From positions 4,718 through 68,717 of the forward strand of contig JALOTL010000017.1 in the NCBI GenBank assembly GCA_025457915.1: DNA of 64,000 bases. Direction: 5' to 3'. Under the pieces are notes generated by a model. That model was not told the DNA's origin. It made no database searches and worked only from the letters and a program-made list of their open reading frames with translations. Below, in pieces: positions 47,535 to 57,722 of this stretch. Positions within the stretch are counted from its first letter, which is position 1, and the number at the start of each line of letters is the position of its first letter. The translations under genes were made by a program, and so were the position numbers. The stretch is from Spirochaetota bacterium (GTDB taxonomy: Bacteria > Spirochaetota > UBA4802 > UBA5550).

Positions 47535-48948
47535 AAAAGCGGCGCTGGCGGCGCTGGCAATTCTGTTATTATTTTCATGCAGGAAAATGTCCGATACGCA
47601 GGGTAAAATCAATTTCAAAGAACACGGCTGGCTTTCCGGCAAAAGGGTCTTCCTTGATCCCGGGCACGGCGGCCTGGGGAAAAGAGACCCGTTCAGGATG
47701 GGTCCGGGCGGCATAACCGAGGAGGATGTGAACCTCGAGGTTTCCCTTATGCTCGCGGACATGCTGAAAAAGTCCGGCGCGGCCGTGGGGATGAGCAGGA
47801 CCGGGGACACGGACGTTCCGCTGGATAAAAGGATAAAGCTCGCCGCGGAATTCGGGCCCGACATACTCGTCAGCCTTCACCATAACGGCTCGATCAGGAG
47901 GGCCGATGGCGTGAATTATCCCTGCGTCATGTTCTGGGGCAGCAGGCACGTCAACCCGGCATCGCATGACCTGGCCGGGCTGGTCCTGTCCGAGATCCGG
48001 AGGATCATGGACCCGGCGGGGCACGTCATTTCCGATTTTTCCGTTTTCGGCGAAACGGGCACGGCCATTCTCAGGGAGACGAGGTATCTCTGCCCGGGGG
48101 TTCTCGGCGAGCCCGGGTTCTATTCCGATGAAAGGATGTCGGCGCACCTGAGGGACAGGCAATATCTCATAACCGAGGCCGAGGCGTACTTCGCGGCGAT
48201 ATCCAGATACTTCGAATGGGGCGTCCCTTCCGCCGAAGCGGTCTTTTCATGCCCTGTCACGGTAAATAAAAAAATGGAGGGGCGGATTGACGAACCCTCA
48301 CCGGTGATAGCGGTAAAAATCAAAAGCGGCAACAGGAAGCCCGGCATCAGTCCCGGCACGCTCAGGGGAACGCTGGACGGGATTCCGGTAAAATTCAGCA
48401 GGATCGGGGACGATATCTACCGGGTGAATTACGGTAAAAGGATTTATCCCGGCATACACAGGCTGCGGTTCCAGTTCAGAAATCTCCGCGGCCAGAGCAG
48501 CATGGTGCTTTCCGCCGTATTCACGCTCGATCCCGCCGCCGGGGACTACGCGGACCTCGTTAAAAACGGCAGGAGGCTCCTCGCGGGGGGTTCGTCCGAG
48601 GGATTGAAGATGCTCCTTTCGGCCCATTCAATGGCCCCGACCGACCCGACGGCGGACGAATTGATCTGTCTCATCTCCAGGGGATTCAGGATGATCGGGG
48701 AACACGCCGCGGCCGATTACCATCTCAAAAGGCTGCAATACTTCTTTCCGGACAGCCCGCGATCGAAATCACTGGACAGGGGCGGTTACGGCGGATACAG
48801 GTACCCGGTAGACCATTACGGAATGCCCGCGGCAATTAAAACCGACCCGGGCGTCCGCACAGGAAAAAAACCTGAAAAAAAAGAACGCCCGGAGAAAAAA
48901 CCGGGCAGGAGGGGCTGCTGCGGTCCCTGCGACGACCCCTGCATTTAG
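47512..48948 (+). CDS. N-acetylmuramoyl-L-alanine amidase (Amidase_3) lipoprotein
   Basis: It has a signal peptide with a lipobox LLLFSC and the Amidase_3 motifs VFLDPGHGG...VSLHHN. Confidence 0.8.
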   Translation: MVRSRLFEKAALAALAILLLFSCRKMSDTQGKINFKEHGWLSGKRVFLDPGHGGLGKRDPFRMGPGGITEEDVNLEVSLMLADMLKKSGAAVGMSRTGDTDVPLDKRIKLAAEFGPDILVSLHHNGSIRRADGVNYPCVMFWGSRHVNPASHDLAGLVLSEIRRIMDPAGHVISDFSVFGETGTAILRETRYLCPGVLGEPGFYSDERMSAHLRDRQYLITEAEAYFAAISRYFEWGVPSAEAVFSCPVTVNKKMEGRIDEPSPVIAVKIKSGNRKPGISPGTLRGTLDGIPVKFSRIGDDIYRVNYGKRIYPGIHRLRFQFRNLRGQSSMVLSAVFTLDPAAGDYADLVKNGRRLLAGGSSEGLKMLLSAHSMAPTDPTADELICLISRGFRMIGEHAAADYHLKRLQYFFPDSPRSKSLDRGGYGGYRYPVDHYGMPAAIKTDPGVRTGKKPEKKERPEKKPGRRGCCGPCDDPCI

Positions 48949-48986
48949 GCTTGATATCAAATTTAAATTAACGGAGGATTACCGTT

Positions 48987-49826
48987 ATGATGGCAGGTAC
49001 GGGAAAAGAAAATCTCATCAACCAGTTGAAGGGCGCGAAAGAATCAGGCGGCCTGAAAAAATACGTCTCGTTTCTCGCGCTCGCGATATTTGCGCTTCTT
49101 GTCGGCTGCGGCACGTTCTTCACGGTCGGCGCCGGGGTGGTGGGCGTAACATTCAATACCATTACAGGCAGCACCGCGGCATTCTCGCAGGGGACTTATT
49201 TTAAAATCCCCTTCGTGGAGTCGGTCGTGAAATTCGACGTCAAGACCCAGAGGGAGGACATCAAGGCAGACTCGGCCTCGAAGGACCTGCAGAAGGTGCA
49301 CGTCCACGTCGTCATCAACTATCACCTGGACTATAAAAAAGTCAACGACCTGTACGTCAAGGTGGGGAGGGACTTCGTCGAAAAGATCATCCATCCCGCC
49401 GTGAATGAAAGCGTAAAGGCATCGACCGCCCAGTTCCCCGTGGAGGAGATCATAGTCAAGAGGGAAAGCGTGAAGGAGATGATTGAAAACGTCCTGAAGG
49501 AAAGGCTGGCGAAGTATCACATCATTCTCGAATCCATCAACCTGGTGAACATCTCCTTCGACGAAGAATTCAACAAGGTGGTCGAGCAGAAGCAGATCGA
49601 GGAGCAGAAGATAAAAACCGCCGAATACAGGAAAAAGCAGGCCGAACAGAACAAGCTTACCGCCATCCTGGAGGCCGAGGCGGAGGCCAAAAAACAGGAC
49701 CTTCTCCGCCAGACGATAAGCAAGGACACCATAATGATGAAGTGGATTGAAAAATGGAACGGTCAGCTCCCAACGTACATGATGGGTGAAAATGCCATGA
49801 TCATGGTCCCGGGAAAAGGAAAATGA
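48987..49826 (+). CDS. SPFH/Band-7 (prohibitin-family) membrane protein
   Basis: An N-terminal TM helix is followed by the prohibitin-like core (VNISFDEEFNKVVEQKQIEEQ) and a coiled C-terminus. Confidence 0.8.
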   Translation: MMAGTGKENLINQLKGAKESGGLKKYVSFLALAIFALLVGCGTFFTVGAGVVGVTFNTITGSTAAFSQGTYFKIPFVESVVKFDVKTQREDIKADSASKDLQKVHVHVVINYHLDYKKVNDLYVKVGRDFVEKIIHPAVNESVKASTAQFPVEEIIVKRESVKEMIENVLKERLAKYHIILESINLVNISFDEEFNKVVEQKQIEEQKIKTAEYRKKQAEQNKLTAILEAEAEAKKQDLLRQTISKDTIMMKWIEKWNGQLPTYMMGENAMIMVPGKGK

Positions 49827-50740
49827 ACATGACCTACAGGCACAATTCGGGAACATTCGTCGGAAGGGGCGGATGCGAGATATTCTTCCAGAGCTGGAGC
49901 GCGCAGTCCCCCCGCGGCGCGATAGTCCTGGTGCACGGAGTCGGCGAGCATTCAGGCAGGTACGGCAACATAATCGGTAGGCTCGACGGAAAAAAAATTT
50001 CGGTCTATGCCCACGACCACAGGGGACACGGCAAATCAGGGGGAAAGAGGGGCCATATAGACTCGATTGAAGACTACATATACGATCTGAAGACCTTCGT
50101 CGATTACATAAGGGACCAGAACAAAAAAATCCCCATGGTCCTTTTCGGCCACAGCATGGGAGGATTAATCGCCCTGAAATACGCGCTGACCTATCCGGAA
50201 GACATGGACGCGCTGGTCCTGTCTTCGCCGGGCCTCATCCCGGCGTTCAGGGTCCCGTCCTGGAAATCCGCGCTCGGCAGGATGCTGTCCAGGTTCATAC
50301 CGGACCTGCAGATGCCTTCAGGGATCAATCCCGGCCATGTTTCAAGGGATGAAAATGTCGTCAGGGCCTACGTGGAAGATCCCATGGTGCATGACATGGT
50401 CACGGCGCGATGGTTTACGGAAATCACCTCGGCTGCCGGCGAATGCCTGGAAAGGGCCGGCGAGCTGACCATGCCGCTTCTCGTATTTCACGGGAAGGAC
50501 GATAAAATTGTCGACTTCAGCGGCAGCGTGAGGGTATTCGAAAGCTCCCGGTCGAAAAACAAGGAGCTCCGGATGTTCGAGGGGCTCTACCACGAAACCA
50601 TGAACGAGCCTGAACCGGACAGAAAAAAGGTGCTCGATTACGTCGAGGGGTGGCTGATGAAAAAAGTATTCAGCCCAAAAAAATCCCCGGCACAAAAAAG
50701 GAAGCCGGCCCCGGTAAAGAAAAAGAAACGAAAAGCTTGA
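49823..50740 (+). CDS. Alpha/beta hydrolase (lysophospholipase / monoacylglycerol-lipase-like)
   Basis: It has an HGVGEHSGRY oxyanion region and the nucleophile elbow GHSMGG. It overlaps the upstream gene by 4 nt. Confidence 0.8.
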   Translation: MNMTYRHNSGTFVGRGGCEIFFQSWSAQSPRGAIVLVHGVGEHSGRYGNIIGRLDGKKISVYAHDHRGHGKSGGKRGHIDSIEDYIYDLKTFVDYIRDQNKKIPMVLFGHSMGGLIALKYALTYPEDMDALVLSSPGLIPAFRVPSWKSALGRMLSRFIPDLQMPSGINPGHVSRDENVVRAYVEDPMVHDMVTARWFTEITSAAGECLERAGELTMPLLVFHGKDDKIVDFSGSVRVFESSRSKNKELRMFEGLYHETMNEPEPDRKKVLDYVEGWLMKKVFSPKKSPAQKRKPAPVKKKKRKA

Positions 50741-50752
50741 ACACCAGACCAT

Positions 50753-50782
50753 AAAAAAACCGGCCCGGGCCGGTTTTTTTTA
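50753..50782 (+). terminator. Rho-independent terminator
   Basis: AAAAAAACCGGCCCGGGCCGGTTTTTTTT. Confidence 0.75.
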
Positions 50783-51047
50783 TTACCCTGGTTCTTCAAT
50801 CAATCAATCGCGGCCTTCCGGCAGGCGGGATAAATTCAAGTATCGCATAACTTTAATTGAAACAAATGTTACGGCCGTGTAAATTTACAATAAACGTTAT
50901 GTGATATATATCCTGCCGGCCCCGGTTCCGATTGTTACGCAAAGGTTAAATTGTCCCGTTTTCAGCGCAGCATGCGCTTCATTAATTTGACAGCGGACAC
51001 TCCTGTTGTTTTATTGTACGTGATTACGAAACAATTGGAGGTTCGTC

Positions 51048-52271
51048 ATGATAAATTATTCCGATACGGTATGGATGCTGATTGCCACGGCGCTGGTCAT
51101 GGTAATGACGCCGACCCTCGCCTTCTTCTACGGCGGGCTTGTCAGGAAAAAAAACATTCTCTCGGTTCTCATGCAGACGATGACGATACTTGCCGTGATA
51201 TCCCTTCAATGGATATTGTTCGGCTACAGCCTGGCCTTCGGGCCGGACAGGTGGGGATTGATCGGAGGCCTTGAATATGTAGGCCTCAGCGGCGTGGGAA
51301 TGACCCCGATCGAGGGCCAGACCATCCCGCACCAGCTCTTCATGATGTTCCAGATGATGTTCGCCGTCATAACGCCGGCGCTGATCATCGGCGCGTACGC
51401 GGAGAGGATTAAATTCTCGGGGTTTGTCCTCTTCACCGTCCTCTGGACCACTCTGATTTATGACCCGATGGCCCACTGGGTATGGGCCAAGAACGGCTGG
51501 CTCGCCGATCTCGGCGCGCTGGACTTTGCCGGCGGAACGGTGATACATATAACGGCGGGCATGTCAGCGCTCGTAATGGCCCTCATGCTCGGCAGGAGGA
51601 CCGGAATTGAAACCGGGAGGGCGCCCCACAACCTGCCGTTCGCGGTACTGGGAGCTGGATTTCTCTGGTTCGGGTGGTTCGGTTTCAACGCCGGGAGCGC
51701 GCTGACCGCGGGACCGCTTACCGTATCCGCGTTCCTGAACACCAACACGGCGGCCGCAGCCGCGGCGGTAACCTGGATGGTACTCGACAAGATTTTCAAC
51801 AAAATCCCGACCGTGCTCGGAGCGATTACCGGCCTTGTCGGAGGGCTTGTCGCCATAACCCCGGCAGCGGGATACGTCACGCCGATGGCGTCGATCGCGA
51901 TAGGCGCGGGCGGCAGCATATTCGGGTTCATATTCGTGACCAAGGTTAAGCCCGCCTTCGGGTACGACGACTCGCTCGACGTGTTCGGCGTCCACGGCAT
52001 CTGCGGGATTTTCGGCGCCCTTGCGACCGGGCTGTTCGCGACAAAAGCGATAAACGCCGCCGGCTCCGACGGCCTCTTTTACGGCAATCCGAAACAGCTG
52101 GCCGTCCAGGCCCTCACTGTGGCAGTCGCAATGGTATTTTCCACGGTCGGGACCTTCGTGCTGTTCAAGATCGTAGACCTGGTAACGGGCCTCAGGGTAA
52201 ATGAGAAAGACGAATACATGGGACTCGACCTTAGCCAGCACCACGAGTCCGGGTACACATTAATAGACTGA
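51048..52271 (+). CDS. amtB: Ammonium transporter AmtB
   Basis: DTVWMLIATALVMVMTP..AFFYGGLVRKKN is the Amt signature. It is about 11 TM and 407 aa. Confidence 0.9.
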   Translation: MINYSDTVWMLIATALVMVMTPTLAFFYGGLVRKKNILSVLMQTMTILAVISLQWILFGYSLAFGPDRWGLIGGLEYVGLSGVGMTPIEGQTIPHQLFMMFQMMFAVITPALIIGAYAERIKFSGFVLFTVLWTTLIYDPMAHWVWAKNGWLADLGALDFAGGTVIHITAGMSALVMALMLGRRTGIETGRAPHNLPFAVLGAGFLWFGWFGFNAGSALTAGPLTVSAFLNTNTAAAAAAVTWMVLDKIFNKIPTVLGAITGLVGGLVAITPAAGYVTPMASIAIGAGGSIFGFIFVTKVKPAFGYDDSLDVFGVHGICGIFGALATGLFATKAINAAGSDGLFYGNPKQLAVQALTVAVAMVFSTVGTFVLFKIVDLVTGLRVNEKDEYMGLDLSQHHESGYTLID

Positions 52272-52283
52272 TTGGAGGAGAAT

Positions 52284-52625
52284 ATGAAATACGTAATAGC
52301 CGTGATAAGGCCCGACAGGCTCGAGGCCGTAAAGACCGAGCTTGAAGCGGAAGAAGTCCATCTCATGACCGTAACCGAGGTTCTCGGGTGCGGGAGGCAG
52401 AAGGGAGTGACCGAGGTTTACAGGGGCGTGAAGGAGGTCAGCAATCTGCTCCGCAAGATAAAGCTGGAAATAGCCGTGAACGATATTTTTCTTGAACGGA
52501 CAGTAAATGCCATAGTCAGGGGAGCAAGGGAGGGCGAGATAGGCGACGGCAAGATCTTCATACTTGACTTAAAGGAGTGCGTAAGAATAAGGACAGGTGA
52601 AACCGGCGGAGAGGCGATCGGATGA
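52284..52625 (+). CDS. glnK: Nitrogen regulatory protein P-II
   Basis: [20 protein letters not shown] and GCGRQKG T-loop region identify P-II. The RBS GGAGGAG is 5 nt upstream. It lies immediately downstream of amtB. Confidence 0.9.
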   Translation: MKYVIAVIRPDRLEAVKTELEAEEVHLMTVTEVLGCGRQKGVTEVYRGVKEVSNLLRKIKLEIAVNDIFLERTVNAIVRGAREGEIGDGKIFILDLKECVRIRTGETGGEAIG

Positions 52626-52632
52626 CTCAGAA

Positions 52633-52657
52633 GCGGCCCGGAAGGGCCGCTTTTTCA
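52633..52657 (+). terminator. Rho-independent terminator after glnK
   Basis: GCGGCCC ggaa GGGCCGC followed by TTTTTC. Confidence 0.7.
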
Positions 52658-53614
52658 TTCATAACTGTAGATTTCTATGGAATTCCCCTTTATTTTAGCG
52701 GCTTTTCTCGCGGCTGTCTCGGCCCTCTTTATCAGCGAATCCAGCACAAGGTCGTTCATTAAATACGAGTCTATCTGGTTGTTCTGCACAATATCCCTGG
52801 GGTTCAGTTCAGATATCCCTATGGATATCCTGAAAATTAATTTCTTGCCCCTGATGAAAAACGGCTTCTTTTCATTCGAGAGGGTGTTTATTATCCTGTC
52901 AGCTATCCTTTTCCCGTTCTTCAGGGATGAATCCGGAAGGAAAAGCAGGAAATCCGATATCCCGTACCTGCCGAGCTGGTCATAGGGCCTGCTCGAGCTT
53001 TTAAGCCTCCTGCCGAATTCCTCGAGCACAACTTTCCCGGTCTCGGGGTCCAGCGACTCGATTATGCCCGCGTAATTGCTGATGCTGACCATCATCGCCA
53101 CTATGTACTTGTTGTATCTCGAGGCCCTGCTCATCTCTTTAAGGACCTCGTCCTTCAGCGACCTCCTGTTGAGCAGGCTTGTGACCGGGTCCTCCTTGGA
53201 CAGGCTGACGATCTTTCTCCTTGATCTCGAAAGGGCCGCCTGGGTCTTGATCAATCTCTTCGCCAGCATTATCCTGGTCGACAATTCCTCCCTGCCGAAA
53301 GGCATGAAGATGAAATCATCGGCTCCGGAATCGATGATTTCCGCCAGTCCGTCGCTGTTTGATCTGTGCGCCACTATGATAATATAAAAGTATCCCCTTA
53401 ACCTGAGCTTCCTGATCTCGGCACAGGCCCCGGCCGCATCGAAATCGGCCCTGGCCCAGTTGACCAGAATGATCCCGCTGTTGTGTTTCTGTATCTCGTT
53501 GATGGAGGCCCTGGTGCTGTCCGAAGCGGAAATCGCGTACTCGGTCCCGGCGAGGGATTCGCCCACCGCCTTTTTAAACGAGTCAGTGCTGTTTATCAGT
53601 TGAACCAGCATCAT
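52655..53614 (-). CDS. Receiver-like domain plus degenerate GGDEF domain protein
   Basis: The C-terminal GGDEF fold has the active-site motif replaced (LGRYGISDFLLFLP, i.e. GISDF instead of GGDEF). The N-terminal receiver-like region carries an Asp in the HRSNSD context. Confidence 0.6.
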   Translation of the reverse strand: MMLVQLINSTDSFKKAVGESLAGTEYAISASDSTRASINEIQKHNSGIILVNWARADFDAAGACAEIRKLRLRGYFYIIIVAHRSNSDGLAEIIDSGADDFIFMPFGREELSTRIMLAKRLIKTQAALSRSRRKIVSLSKEDPVTSLLNRRSLKDEVLKEMSRASRYNKYIVAMMVSISNYAGIIESLDPETGKVVLEEFGRRLKSSSRPYDQLGRYGISDFLLFLPDSSLKNGKRIADRIINTLSNEKKPFFIRGKKLIFRISIGISELNPRDIVQNNQIDSYLMNDLVLDSLIKRAETAARKAAKIKGNSIEIYSYE

Positions 53615-53776
53615 GCAGTCCTGAATGAATAATTTCGGAAATCGATAATAATACGGGAAATATACGATATAAAGACGAAATCAAGCCGGTAATTATAATC
53701 CGCCCTTTTCGGCAATTGTCAAGAAATAAATGTGTCCGGGACCGGCAGTTAATCACGGTCAAGACCCGTGGCGGGA

Positions 53777-56239
53777 TTACTTGATGTCGATCATGTAGGG
53801 GTACATATAGTATACCCTCTCGTTTTCGTCCGTTTCTTTTATCGCCTTCTTTACCACGGTCCCTATGAAGCCGGCGAAATTCCTGATCTCCGGGAGCTCC
53901 AGCAGATCGGTCAGCGCAAAGGACTCGTCAGGGTACATTTTCACCCTATAATCCCTGCCGATGCCGCTGACCGTCTTCGCGTATTCAACGGCCACCATGA
54001 GCCCTCCTATCTCGTCAAGCATGCCCTTTGCCTTTCCCTGGCTGCCGCTGAATATCCTTCCCTCGGCGATTTCAGGCATTTTTTCCTTCGGGATCTTCCT
54101 GGAATCCGCGACTTTGTCGATGAACCTCCCGTAGATGAAATCCACCTCCGACTGGACGAGGGCCCTTTCCTTTTCGGTCAGGTCCCTCGAGAGGGAGAAA
54201 ATATCCGCGTATTCGCTCATCTTCACGACATCCCTCGTGATGCCGATCTTTTCGAACAGCCTTTTCAACGAAAGCTTGCCGTATACGACTCCTATGGATC
54301 CGGTTAGCGTGCCCCTGCCGGAATAAATCCTGTCGCCGGTAAGGGCGATGTAGTACCCCCCCGACGCGGCTATGTCGCCGAAGGAGAAAACCACTGGTTT
54401 ATCGTGCTTTTTCTTCAGCATCACGAGGTGGTTCCACATGAAATCCGAAGCGGCCGAAGACCCGCCGCCGGAGCTGACCCTTATCACCACCGCCTTTACG
54501 GACGAGTCCTTGAACACGGCATCGAGAATCTCCCTGTAGTCCTCGTCGCCGATCGCCGGCCCGAAGAAAGAACCGGTGGAGCGTCCGCGCTCGATCGACC
54601 CGGACACATGCACAACGGCTATGGTGTCCCTCCTGCCCCACACGAAATCGTTTATTTTCTCGGAGGAATATTTTTTGATCCGTATTACGCCGCCACCGGA
54701 TGACACCTTCCTCGAGGCCTCGTCGTGATAGCACACCTCGTCGATGAACCCGGCCTTTACCGCGTCGTCGCCGCTCATGATGCCCCTGCCGACGAGATCC
54801 TTCACCCTGGACTTTTCGAGCCCCCTGTCCGCAGCGATGTCGCCGATGAACTGCTCGTTCATGTCAGACAGCACGGACATGAGGTTTTCCCTGTACTCGT
54901 CCGACATTTTCTCCCTCGTAAACCTCTCGTTGTACGACTTGTACCGGCCCGCGGAAAAGGACTCTATCCTGACCCCGATCTTGTCGAACAGTCCCTTGAA
55001 GAAATACACCTCGGCCTTGAGGCCGGTCAGATAGAAGCTGCTGGTGGGCGTGAAATAAATCCTGTCCGCGGCAGATGCGAGATAGTACTCCCTGTTCCCG
55101 GAAGAGGTCATGATCGCGTGCACGGGTTTGCCTCTCTTCCTGAAATCTTTCAGCTCGCTCCTGAGCTCCTGGACCTGTGAGAAACCCAGGCCGACGCCGT
55201 CTATCTGAAGAATCAGGCCGTGGATCGTATCGTCCTCCGCCGCCCTCCTGACCGCGCGGACATAATCGTAAAACGAAAGGGCCCTCTCCCCGAAGAAGCC
55301 CCTCTTCGTGTTTTCCCTGATTCTTGAAGAGAGCTTTATCTTCAGGTAATTTTTTTTCACCGCGATTACCGGCGCCGATTCGTACCGGGCCGACGGAAAG
55401 CCGGCGGCAAATGTGTAAAAATCCCTTCCCCCGTCCCTGACATACGACTTGTGAAATTCAACCTCTCCGCCCATGACATCCCCGGACCGGATGAAAAACG
55501 GCATCTGCATGCCGAAGAGGAAATTCCCGCTGCGCTCGTACCTGGCGTAAACCGAAATCCCGTAGAACAGCCTCATCTCCAAACCCGTCCTGAATCCGAA
55601 CCTGGTGATTTTCCTTCCTGATTCCCTCGTGGCGTCGAAGGACAGGGTGATCTTCTCGGTAAGCGGCCTTACGGACAGGGAATAGACCTCCCTCATGTTC
55701 AGGGAGTTCCCGTTGATTTCGCCCCAGAGGTCGTTCAGCGTCGCGCCGAGCGAGACATATCTGAACGGCCTGAAAACCAGGCCGAGCCTCCAGGACCTGT
55801 ATCCCTTGAACCTCCTGTTGTCGCTGGAGCTGAAGGAATATCCCGCGCCTATGCCCAGCATGTCGTCCTTAATGAAGAATCCCTTGTCGATGCTGAAGCA
55901 GTTTGCCCCGGCGGAATCCTCTATTTTTTTTGAATCATTCATGTAGACGCTGCCGAGCCAGCTGTATATGAAGGAAAAGCCGTAGGCCCTTCCCATCGCG
56001 AAATGGTCGCCTGCCGTTTTCCCGTCATAGGAAAAATACCTGTAGGACAGCATCGGACCCTTCCTGTCGTCGGCAAAAACGGGGTTCGAGGCCGGGCTGA
56101 AGAGCCCGTCGGAATGGCTCGCGAAATTGAAATCAGGCGATATGGTGAAGGGGTTCTTCGCCCTGTACAGCGGCGAGGCAAACGCCCCGGTCATGACAAT
56201 GATCGGGATCAGCATCGATGGCAATATTCTGGCAAACAT
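53777..56239 (-). CDS. sppA: Signal peptide peptidase SppA (two tandem ClpP/crotonase-fold domains) with a long N-terminal extension
   Basis: It has two S49 peptidase domains with SGGGSSAASD and SFGDIAASGGYY, plus about 280 extra N-terminal residues after a signal sequence. The total length is 820 aa. Confidence 0.75.
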   Translation of the reverse strand: MFARILPSMLIPIIVMTGAFASPLYRAKNPFTISPDFNFASHSDGLFSPASNPVFADDRKGPMLSYRYFSYDGKTAGDHFAMGRAYGFSFIYSWLGSVYMNDSKKIEDSAGANCFSIDKGFFIKDDMLGIGAGYSFSSSDNRRFKGYRSWRLGLVFRPFRYVSLGATLNDLWGEINGNSLNMREVYSLSVRPLTEKITLSFDATRESGRKITRFGFRTGLEMRLFYGISVYARYERSGNFLFGMQMPFFIRSGDVMGGEVEFHKSYVRDGGRDFYTFAAGFPSARYESAPVIAVKKNYLKIKLSSRIRENTKRGFFGERALSFYDYVRAVRRAAEDDTIHGLILQIDGVGLGFSQVQELRSELKDFRKRGKPVHAIMTSSGNREYYLASAADRIYFTPTSSFYLTGLKAEVYFFKGLFDKIGVRIESFSAGRYKSYNERFTREKMSDEYRENLMSVLSDMNEQFIGDIAADRGLEKSRVKDLVGRGIMSGDDAVKAGFIDEVCYHDEASRKVSSGGGVIRIKKYSSEKINDFVWGRRDTIAVVHVSGSIERGRSTGSFFGPAIGDEDYREILDAVFKDSSVKAVVIRVSSGGGSSAASDFMWNHLVMLKKKHDKPVVFSFGDIAASGGYYIALTGDRIYSGRGTLTGSIGVVYGKLSLKRLFEKIGITRDVVKMSEYADIFSLSRDLTEKERALVQSEVDFIYGRFIDKVADSRKIPKEKMPEIAEGRIFSGSQGKAKGMLDEIGGLMVAVEYAKTVSGIGRDYRVKMYPDESFALTDLLELPEIRNFAGFIGTVVKKAIKETDENERVYYMYPYMIDIK

Positions 56240-56325
56240 AGGTCCGTCCTTTTGTATCGATTACGGTCTCCGGTCAGGATTACCCGCGGCGGACGCCCGG
56301 GCGCGCACCGGAAAAATTACAACTG

Positions 56326-56934
56326 TCATGAAAGGAAACGCTTTTTAAGGTCGCCGGTAATGATGTCCAGGACCTCCCCCCTTTGAAGGCTCCCGTTAAC
56401 CATCATAAACCTTTCATCTATCATTGAAAGATAAAAACCCCTTACGGCCTCAAGGAAGGATTTTTTTTCAAAAAGCTCCGCCCCGCCGGCGTTCCTGGCC
56501 GTAACGCGGGAAAGCGCCTCTTCCGGGGTAATATCTATATAATACACCCTGTCGGGTTCCGGGAACCCCCTGTCCCTGTTTTCCTTCAGGACGGACATCG
56601 GATCGAGCCCTGCAGCGCCCTGGTAAGCCGCGTTTGAAAAATAATACCTGTCCATCACCACCCATTTGCCTTCCCTCATGGCTGGGATGATGTTGAATTC
56701 AGCGTCATCCTGCCTGTCCAGGAGAAACAGCCTGAGCTGCTCGCCGGCAGGGACCGGGCCCCCGTTTTTCAGCATACGCCTTATTTCAGAGCCCCACTTT
56801 CCGCCCGTGGGCTCGGCCAGATGGATGGAGTCGATGCCGGATGAAACCAGGAACGAATGGAGGTCCGCCGCCTGCGTCGACTTTCCGGACCCGTCGATTC
56901 CCTCGAGGACTATGAACCTGGGCGTCCCGTTCAT
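56326..56934 (-). CDS. tmk: Thymidylate kinase
   Basis: The P-loop FIVLEGIDGSGKSTQ and the DRY motif (VVMDRYYFS) are present, and the length is 202 aa. Confidence 0.9.
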   Translation of the reverse strand: MNGTPRFIVLEGIDGSGKSTQAADLHSFLVSSGIDSIHLAEPTGGKWGSEIRRMLKNGGPVPAGEQLRLFLLDRQDDAEFNIIPAMREGKWVVMDRYYFSNAAYQGAAGLDPMSVLKENRDRGFPEPDRVYYIDITPEEALSRVTARNAGGAELFEKKSFLEAVRGFYLSMIDERFMMVNGSLQRGEVLDIITGDLKKRFLS

Positions 56935-57722
56935 GCCACTACCGGCTTAAGGCATGGCTTGATCCTGTCGACGAAAAGCACCGTGGCGCCCACCGCCCCC
57001 AGGTTAAGGGCAAGGAAGCCGAAAACCGGGAGGAACGAAGCGGCCATGAACCCGGCCCCGGTTCCGATCACCATGGTCTTGTATCTCCAGCAGATCTTTA
57101 TCTTATCGCCGAAGGAATATCTTCTCCTCTCGAGGGGAAGATCGTAGAACTGGAACCCGAGAAAAAAAGAAGTGGCGCAGAAACTCAGTACCGCGTAGAG
57201 CGCACTGCCTGCGACCGGTATGATGTTCACGAAAAGGATCAGCACGTTTACAAGCGCGAGCATGAAAAGCAGCCTGATGACGTTTGCCGCGACGCGGATG
57301 ATGTCCGTGAAAATCCTCCGGATTGAAAAGCGGACGTCGGTCCCCCCGGAGGTCAGAGCCTCCTCGGTCCTGGCTGAGAGCAGGTCCATGAAGGGCGCGG
57401 TAATGATCGAGCCCGCGATGGAATAAAAGATGACAGTGAGGAACGCGAGCAGCCCGATGAGAAGCGGGCCCGCCACGACCCTGAGAAGGGTGAAATACCA
57501 CTCCTCCCCGGCAAAGAGAGACAGGAATACCGGCCTGAGCTTCATGTATGAAAAGTAGAAGACCGACGTAAGGACGGCCGCGTTGATTAAAAACGGGATG
57601 ATGAAAAACGGCCTCACTCCCTTCCTGAATGCCGTCTTCAGCGCCCTGAACACGGACAGAAAGCCGGCTGCGAATGCGCCCTTGATCTCTGCGCCATCGA
57701 TGAATATCTCATTCAGTCTCAT
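56931..57722 (-). CDS. EI24/CysZ-like family membrane protein
   Basis: It is 263 aa and multi-TM with an EI24-type topology. It overlaps tmk by 4 nt. The family call is from memory. Confidence 0.45.
   Translation of the reverse strand: MRLNEIFIDGAEIKGAFAAGFLSVFRALKTAFRKGVRPFFIIPFLINAAVLTSVFYFSYMKLRPVFLSLFAGEEWYFTLLRVVAGPLLIGLLAFLTVIFYSIAGSIITAPFMDLLSARTEEALTSGGTDVRFSIRRIFTDIIRVAANVIRLLFMLALVNVLILFVNIIPVAGSALYAVLSFCATSFFLGFQFYDLPLERRRYSFGDKIKICWRYKTMVIGTGAGFMAASFLPVFGFLALNLGAVGATVLFVDRIKPCLKPVVA

Noticed and set aside
50790-51047. A possible sigma-54 / NtrC-type promoter upstream of amtB-glnK
   Set aside because: This is expected biologically, but I could not find a convincing TGGCAC-N5-TTGC match by eye. 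The closest stretches, around 50795 and 50925, deviate at key positions. I left it uncalled.
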